The notes under the pieces are model-generated. The model worked only from the letters and a program-made list of their open reading frames with translations, ran no database searches and was not told the origin of the DNA. 43,694 nucleotides of DNA from NCBI GenBank assembly GCA_017481265.1, contig JAFUPK010000001.1, forward strand, positions 1 through 43,694. Direction: 5' to 3'. Positions 38,059-43,694 of the stretch are shown here, one piece after another; the stretch's first letter is position 1, and the number at the start of each line of letters is the position of its first letter. The position numbers were made by a program, and so were the translations under genes. The DNA comes from Clostridia bacterium. GTDB taxonomy: Bacteria; Bacillota; Clostridia; Oscillospirales; CAG-272.

Positions 38059-38091
38059 AGGTCACGCTTCGATGAGAAGTGTGACCTTTTT
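38059..38091 (+). terminator. Right copy of the duplicated hairpin with its T-tract (intrinsic terminator)
   Basis: Same 29-mer followed by TTTT. Confidence 0.8.
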
Positions 38092-38214
38092 CGTCACCTT
38101 TCTTTGGTCTGACTTCCACAAATTTAGGGTTACATTTTTGGCGCTGCAGGATTATAATAATAACAAGGTATAATGTATACCGAAGGAACTAAAGCAAAGG
38201 TACGGTAACTGATA

Positions 38215-38787
38215 ATGGAGCTTATAATGATAAGCCGAACCAAGCTGAAGGTAATGCTGTCTGCTGAGGATATGAAGAAGCTTGACTTCGACCCGTGCGC
38301 AGGCGGTGATCTTTCCGGCAGGGCGGCTTTCAGGAATATATTGAAGGAAGCAAGAGACAAGTGCGGCTTTGATGCCATAGGTGAAAGAGTATTTGTACAG
38401 TATTATCCCGAAAAGCACGGAGGCTGTGAGATGTTTGTAACGAAGCTTGCCGCCGATGAAAAGTCCGGAGCAAAGCAAGCGGAAGAGCGTTCCCTGCACA
38501 CAAATGTAAAAAAAGACGGATACATATTGTACAGGTTTGATAAGCTCGATGGGGTGCTTACATTTTGTTCTGCGCTGAAAAAAAGAGGATATGAAGCGGG
38601 AAGTGAGTTCTTCGTGGTAGAAGAAAATATAAGAAAATACTATTTGATGCTTGGTGAAGAGGAGACATCTGCCGGCGAGTTCGGAGGTGCTCCTGTAGGT
38701 AAGGGCGGAAGGTACTATATTTCGGAGCACGGAAGAAGAATATGTGCTGATGCGGTAAATGTGCTGGGTTCTCTCGCAAAAAATTGA
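38215..38787 (+). CDS. mecA: MecA-like ClpC adaptor protein
   Basis: MELIMIS..KLKV.LS..D N-terminus, GCEMFVTK, LYRFDKLD, and EFG...EHG C-terminal pattern. Upstream TTACAT-17-TATAAT. Confidence 0.7.
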   Translation: MELIMISRTKLKVMLSAEDMKKLDFDPCAGGDLSGRAAFRNILKEARDKCGFDAIGERVFVQYYPEKHGGCEMFVTKLAADEKSGAKQAEERSLHTNVKKDGYILYRFDKLDGVLTFCSALKKRGYEAGSEFFVVEENIRKYYLMLGEEETSAGEFGGAPVGKGGRYYISEHGRRICADAVNVLGSLAKN

Positions 38788-38817
38788 CTGTTTTGTGTTA
38801 ATGTTAATAATTCGGTA

Positions 38818-38846
38818 TTGATTTATGGCGCGATTTGTGATATTAT
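38818..38846 (+). promoter_or_regulatory. sigma-A promoter with extended -10
   Basis: TTGATT, 17 bp, TATTAT preceded by TGn. Confidence 0.6.
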
Positions 38847-38888
38847 CTAAGAAGAATCCTATATCAATACCTAAGGAGACTCAAAAAC

Positions 38889-41042
38889 ATGAAAAAGATC
38901 ATATCAATGATCCTTGTGGTGATGATGTGCCTCAGTATCGTTCTTACAGGCATCATCTCAGCTGCAGAAGAAAAAATGCCTTTTACAGATGTAAAAGAGA
39001 GCAAGTGGTTCTATGGCGCAGTTCAGTATGTTTATACAAACGGCCTTATGAACGGTAAGTCCGAAACCAAGTTTGCGCCGAACGAGGTTCTTACAAGAGC
39101 ACAGTTCGCAAAGATGCTCTGGTCTCTCGCAGGCGAGCCTGCAACGGAGGCAAATCTTGATTTTGCAGATACCAAGAATACACAGTGGTACGCTGAATCT
39201 CTCACATGGGCAGTTGGCGCAGGAATCGTTAACGGCTACGAAGAGGGCGGAAAGAAGCTCTTTAAGCCCAACAAGGAGATCTTCCGCGACGAGCTTGCAA
39301 AGATGCTCGTAACATTCCTTGATTACATGGATATTGAGATAGTCGGCGAGGATATCGCAGATCCCTTCCCGGATAAGATCCAGAACTGGGCAAAGGATTT
39401 TGTTGAGGCGGTACGTCTCAGCGGACTTATGAAGGGTAAGGACGGCGGAAGATTCGAGGCAAAGGCTACCGCAACAAGAGCGGAAGGTGCAACCATCCTT
39501 ATGAGAATGCATCCGTACGTTTCCGGCGGCGATGAAACTACAGAGCCCGACGTTTCCGATCCCGAGACCACAGAGCCCGACGTTTCCGATCCTGAGACCA
39601 CAGAGCCCGAGACAACTCCCCCCGAGGAGACCGAGCCTCTCGTTAAAGTATATCCCGATGACGATTGGAAGAGCATGGACGCTCCCGCAGACGATCCCAC
39701 TCCTGAAAACATCGGCACTGTCTACTCTGACGAGACTATCGGACTTATGATCTCCGAGGCAATGAAGGTTGACGATAACGGAGAGACTGTCAAGATCGCA
39801 GGAACAGGTATCCACGGCGGTCACGAGGTTAAGGTTGCCCGTACAAGATACGGTACATTTGCCATTTTCGTATCCGGTGATAACGCTCAGGAGGGCAGAA
39901 CGAACGATGAAATGTCCTTCTTCGAGATCACAGCAAACGGAACCCGCCGCATCTTCAAGGATGATTTTGATCACTCCAACGGAAGCTGCGTTCCCAATAT
40001 CCTCCAGGGCGAGAACGGTATTCTCTACATCATCCTTATGAATGAGGATTGGAGCAAGAGCTCTGCACGTCTTACCGTCTATACCTACGATGCTAAGACA
40101 GATACCTATACTAAGGATGTTCAGTATCGCAAGTATGACATATCTCCCAGCAAGGTTCACGGATATGGTTACACACAGCCCGTTCTTGATGAACAGCATG
40201 GAAAGATATACGCTATCTACAACGGCGGTGACGTTCCCGGATATGTTGCATGGTTCATCTATGATATCGCTACAGGTACATGGGAGGACGATTGCTACAC
40301 AATTGAGCTTGACTGGAGAATCTGTTATGCAAATGCATATCCCGACGGAAACGGCGGCTTCCTCTTCGTTGAACAGAGAGACGCTACCACCAATGCCCTC
40401 GGTCAGCTTCTCGGAATCGACAGATTTATAGGTATTGACGGATACCTTTGGGATGCGCTTGTTCTCGTCCACGTTCCTGATGTTCACGTTGAGCACGCTG
40501 ATATAAAAGATATCTTTATGCCGGACTACGAGGCGAATGACAAGCGCTCCAATGCTAACCATTACGGCAACGGTTCAACTCTTCTTGACAGCGACGGTAA
40601 CTTCCACGTTGTATATACTCAGGCATATGGCAACAAGGCAAATATCTACTATGCAGCATACGACAACAATCTCAATGAGGTAAGACATTCTACTATTAAA
40701 TTCTCCAACACCAAGAACAGCTTTGCTCCTGCTGTAGTTGAGGCTCCCGACGGAACTGTTTACATCATTGCAGTAAACACCTACATGACAATGAAGGAGT
40801 TCCAGGTTGAGCTTTGGGAGATTTCCGATGATATGAAGACTATCAAGAAGGTCTGCGCTCCTCAAACTGTAACTCTCAAGGGTGCTACAGGTGATGATGC
40901 TCAGTTCGAGCCTAAAAATATCATCGTCGGATCCATCAGAAACGGTTCTGATATTGATGGCTATGTTCCCGTAGTATTCTTCCAGCCGGATGATAAGGGA
41001 ACTTACGATTACTATTACTTCTCAGTAAAGCTTCCCGACTGA
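38889..41042 (+). CDS. SLH-anchored secreted protein, paralog A (unassigned beta-rich C-terminal domain)
   Basis: Signal peptide, three SLH repeats, ETTEPDVSDP linker, ~460-aa C-terminal domain shared with the next gene. Confidence 0.88.
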   Translation: MKKIISMILVVMMCLSIVLTGIISAAEEKMPFTDVKESKWFYGAVQYVYTNGLMNGKSETKFAPNEVLTRAQFAKMLWSLAGEPATEANLDFADTKNTQWYAESLTWAVGAGIVNGYEEGGKKLFKPNKEIFRDELAKMLVTFLDYMDIEIVGEDIADPFPDKIQNWAKDFVEAVRLSGLMKGKDGGRFEAKATATRAEGATILMRMHPYVSGGDETTEPDVSDPETTEPDVSDPETTEPETTPPEETEPLVKVYPDDDWKSMDAPADDPTPENIGTVYSDETIGLMISEAMKVDDNGETVKIAGTGIHGGHEVKVARTRYGTFAIFVSGDNAQEGRTNDEMSFFEITANGTRRIFKDDFDHSNGSCVPNILQGENGILYIILMNEDWSKSSARLTVYTYDAKTDTYTKDVQYRKYDISPSKVHGYGYTQPVLDEQHGKIYAIYNGGDVPGYVAWFIYDIATGTWEDDCYTIELDWRICYANAYPDGNGGFLFVEQRDATTNALGQLLGIDRFIGIDGYLWDALVLVHVPDVHVEHADIKDIFMPDYEANDKRSNANHYGNGSTLLDSDGNFHVVYTQAYGNKANIYYAAYDNNLNEVRHSTIKFSNTKNSFAPAVVEAPDGTVYIIAVNTYMTMKEFQVELWEISDDMKTIKKVCAPQTVTLKGATGDDAQFEPKNIIVGSIRNGSDIDGYVPVVFFQPDDKGTYDYYYFSVKLPD
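39534..39610 (+). repeat. 30-bp coding tandem repeat (about 2.5 units; ETTEPDVSDP linker)
   Basis: GA(A/G)AC(T/C)ACAGAGCCCGACGTTTCCGATCC(C/T) at 39534 and 39564, partial at 39594. Confidence 0.9.
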
Positions 41043-41051
41043 TAATTTTAA

Positions 41052-41087
41052 AAGTATCCCGAGATATGTCGTATCTCGGGATATTTT
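41052..41087 (+). terminator. Intrinsic terminator between the two SLH paralogs
   Basis: TATCCCGAGATA/TATCTCGGGATA stem followed by TTTT. Confidence 0.75.
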
Positions 41088-41142
41088 GAAATACAAAAGC
41101 GTATTGTAATATTTAAACTATCGTGGAAAGGAATGACAGAAA

Positions 41143-43299
41143 GTGAAAAAGATCATAGCTATGCTGCTTGTGGTGACGATGTGTCTCGCTGTAGTTCTTA
41201 CGGGAATCATCTCAGCCGCAGAAGAGAAAATGCCCTTTACTGACGTAAAAGAAGGCAAATGGTTCTATCCCTCGGTTAAAGCTGTTTGGGAAAAGGGCGT
41301 TATGGAGGGCAAATCGGAAACACAGTTTGCTCCGAACGAGCAGATGACAAGAGCACAGCTCGTTACGATCCTCTACAGACTCGCAGGTGCCGAGACTGAG
41401 GGCCTTGCGGAAAGCCTTACATTCAAGGATACGAAGAAGAGCGCGTGGTACGCAGAGTATGTAGGCTGGGCGGTAAAGGAGGGCCTCGTAAACGGATACG
41501 AGGATAATACCTTTAGGCCTAATGATCCCGTGCTTCGTCAGGAGCTCGCAAAGCTGTTCAGCACGTTCCTTGACTACGCAGGATATGAGTTCATCGGAAC
41601 AGTCCTCATCGAGAGCTTTTCCGACTCGGCAAAGCATCCTGAGTGGGCGAAGGAATATATTGAAGACCTCCGTGCCATCGGACTCGTTGGCGGCGACAAT
41701 TCAGGTGCCTTTAATCCCAAGTCCACAGCAACAAGAGCAGAGGTCGCGACGATCATCACCAGGCTTCTGCCTGCAGTATTTCCTGAGGATACGGGTGATA
41801 CCGACGTGACCGAGCCTGATACCACAGCTCCGGATACCACAGAGCCCGACGTGACCGAACCTGTGGAAAGCTTCGAAGGCGTGAAGTTTTATGTAAACGA
41901 TGCTTGGAAGGATCTTCCGGCTCCTGCTGATGACCCCACTCCCGAGAACATAGGTAAGATTTACGAGGACGAAAGCGGACTCTCGATCTCTGAGGTCATG
42001 CTGATAGACGATTGCCTATCAGATACTCCGAGCGACGTTATGGCAAGCGGTATAGGTATCCACGGCGGTCACGAGATCAAGCTTGTGCGTACCCGTTACG
42101 GTACCTTTGTAGTCTTTGTTACCGCGGATGTCAGTGAAGAGGGAAGAAGCTATGACGAATTCGCTCTTCTCAAGATAACCTCCGACGGAACCCGCCTCAT
42201 TTTCAAGGATGAGTTCCACCATTCACAGGGAAGCTGTGTGCCTAATATCCTGCAGGGTAAGAACGGCGAGCTATTCATAACCTTGTTCAACGATACTTGG
42301 AGTACAGGATCCGGCAGACTCACCATGTACAGATTCGACGCAAAGACTGAGAAGTATACCAAGGATGTTGTGACGATCCCCTTCGATGTTCCGTCAAATC
42401 AGTGCCACGGATATGGCTATACACAGCCCGTTATTGATCTGGAGATGGGTAAGATCTACGCAATATTCAACGGCGGAGATATCCCCGGATATATTGCGTG
42501 GTTTATCTACGATATTGAGAGCGGCAAGTGGGAGCCTTCCTGCTATACGGTGGAGATCGACTGGAGATGCTGCTACCTCAACGCATATCCCGACGGACGC
42601 GGCGGAATGTACTTCGTTGAAGAGCGCGCCATGCTCATAACCGAGCTCGGTAAGCAGCTTGGCGTCGATTTTGCAACTCAGACAGGCTATGTGTGGGATG
42701 CGCTGTACTTATTCCACATTCCGGACGTTCATAAGGAAGAAATGGATATTACGGTTGTCTATGAACCGACTTACGATACCGAGGCTGAAAGAGTCAAGCA
42801 GGAAAGTGCCGCTCACTACGGCTGCGGAAGCTCTATTGTTGACAGCGAAGGAAACCTCCAGCTTCTCTATACGGTCAAGCGAAATAACAGAAGCTATCTC
42901 TATCATGCAGTTTACGACAAGTATATGAAAGAAGTCAAAAATACACAGATAAAATTGACAAACGACAAAAACTCATATACGCCCATGCTTGCCGAGGGAC
43001 TTGACGGCAGTATTTACATTCTTGCCGTCGACACCTACATGACAAAGAAGCAAGCTGATCTTGAGATATGGAAGAGCACCGACAGCGGAATGACATTCAA
43101 GAAGATATGTGAGCCCGTTACCCTGAAGGTACGCGGAGCAGAGGAGGGAAGCGATACCATCCTCCCAACTAAGCTTATTGCTACCTCGGTAAGAAATAAT
43201 TCGGATAACGACGGCACTGTAGGACTCATAATGTTCAATCAGTCGGATAACGGCAAGTATGATTATTATTATCTCTCAGTTACTTTGCCTCATGAATAA
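41143..43299 (+). CDS. SLH-anchored secreted protein, paralog B (Asp-box/BNR-like motif)
   Basis: GTG start with GAAAGGA RBS. Near-identical signal region to paralog A, three SLH repeats, DxTEP linker, shared C-terminal domain with WKSTDSGMTF. Confidence 0.88.
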   Translation: MKKIIAMLLVVTMCLAVVLTGIISAAEEKMPFTDVKEGKWFYPSVKAVWEKGVMEGKSETQFAPNEQMTRAQLVTILYRLAGAETEGLAESLTFKDTKKSAWYAEYVGWAVKEGLVNGYEDNTFRPNDPVLRQELAKLFSTFLDYAGYEFIGTVLIESFSDSAKHPEWAKEYIEDLRAIGLVGGDNSGAFNPKSTATRAEVATIITRLLPAVFPEDTGDTDVTEPDTTAPDTTEPDVTEPVESFEGVKFYVNDAWKDLPAPADDPTPENIGKIYEDESGLSISEVMLIDDCLSDTPSDVMASGIGIHGGHEIKLVRTRYGTFVVFVTADVSEEGRSYDEFALLKITSDGTRLIFKDEFHHSQGSCVPNILQGKNGELFITLFNDTWSTGSGRLTMYRFDAKTEKYTKDVVTIPFDVPSNQCHGYGYTQPVIDLEMGKIYAIFNGGDIPGYIAWFIYDIESGKWEPSCYTVEIDWRCCYLNAYPDGRGGMYFVEERAMLITELGKQLGVDFATQTGYVWDALYLFHIPDVHKEEMDITVVYEPTYDTEAERVKQESAAHYGCGSSIVDSEGNLQLLYTVKRNNRSYLYHAVYDKYMKEVKNTQIKLTNDKNSYTPMLAEGLDGSIYILAVDTYMTKKQADLEIWKSTDSGMTFKKICEPVTLKVRGAEEGSDTILPTKLIATSVRNNSDNDGTVGLIMFNQSDNGKYDYYYLSVTLPHE

Positions 43300-43320
43300 T
43301 TTTTTCCTTTAATAATATAA

Positions 43321-43373
43321 GCTCCCCCGAAGAGCCTGCAAGAATTGTGATCTTGTAAGCTTGTCGGGGGAGC
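43321..43373 (+). terminator. Long hairpin after paralog B
   Basis: GCTCCCCCGA...TCGGGGGAGC outer stem with an imperfect inner stem. Confidence 0.55.
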
Positions 43374-43508
43374 TCCGTGTTTGCTTGGAAATTTCATTTG
43401 AATGTGACAATTAAATGGAAACCGAGGAATGAATTATACATTAGATGGTAAAAAGAGTGTTAAATATACAATTCTAATAAATTATTACTGTAAATTACTA
43501 ATATACAG

Positions 43509-43537
43509 TTGATTTTTTCGGTATTTTATGCTATGAT
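43509..43537 (+). promoter_or_regulatory. sigma-A promoter with extended -10
   Basis: TTGATT, 17 bp, TATGAT preceded by TGn. Confidence 0.65.
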
Positions 43538-43585
43538 TAACATAGTTACCAATGGTAATGAATTTATCTTTTGGAGGAAACAGTT

Positions 43586-43694
43586 ATGAAACGTTTACTC
43601 AGCATACTGCTTGCAGTCATGATGGTAATGAGCATGGCAATGACAGCAGTATACGCGGAAGAGACAACAGAAGAAGTAACTCTTCCGTTTACCG
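43586..43694 (+). CDS. Secreted protein, probably another SLH protein (5' fragment, runs off the window)
   Basis: GGAGG RBS; MKRLLSILLAVMMVMSMAMTAVYAEETTEEVTLPFT, a signal peptide followed by the LPFT(D) start typical of an SLH repeat. Confidence 0.75.
   Translation, partial: MKRLLSILLAVMMVMSMAMTAVYAEETTEEVTLPFT

Noticed and set aside
37732-38087. 29-bp palindromic direct repeats as a CRISPR array
   Set aside because: Only two copies, 298 bp apart, no cas genes; better explained as a target-site duplication.
37765-38112. 115-aa ORF across the MITE as a possible transposase
   Set aside because: No DDE, HUH or HTH motif; runs through hairpins and past the element end; TTG start without RBS.
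38958-40562. 534-aa antisense ORF
   Set aside because: Lies wholly opposite SLH paralog A. It is a shadow frame explained by codon bias (few TTA/CTA/TCA codons), with no RBS or motifs.
38889-43299. Paralog similarity as a diversity-generating retroelement TR/VR pair
   Set aside because: No reverse transcriptase; differences are not adenine-specific; both copies are full genes.

Overview
Bacterial chromosomal window, most likely from a Clostridia-type Firmicute (inferred from gene order and content, near-consensus sigma-A promoters, an L20 leader and SLH proteins). Bases 1-29.8 kb are housekeeping. The minus strand carries the 5' part of RNase P RNA, a YfcE-like phosphodiesterase, a sugar-phosphate isomerase/epimerase, DnaC/DnaI-like and DnaD-like replication genes, tsaD, rimI, an LMW phosphatase and a dCMP deaminase. 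The plus strand carries infC-rpmI-rplT, a TrmH methylase, dprA, topA, trmFO, plsX, rnc, a radical SAM gene, smc, ftsY, rdgB, yhbY, nadD, yqeK, two tandem LCP genes, rsfS, leuS and rpsU. From the rpsU terminator to the end the window is accessory and cell-surface related. It holds a ~1.85 kb islet with a fucose/arabinose-isomerase-like gene bracketed by a duplicated terminator, an ECF sigma/anti-sigma pair, four complete SLH-anchored secreted proteins and the start of a probable fifth, a mecA-like gene, and a 298-bp non-autonomous element that duplicated a whole terminator hairpin. One SLH protein has a beta-helix domain and two are paralogs with an unassigned His-rich, Asp-box-containing domain. 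No CRISPR array, integrase, transposase, tRNA or rRNA was seen. All product calls come from recognising motifs by eye; no database search was run.
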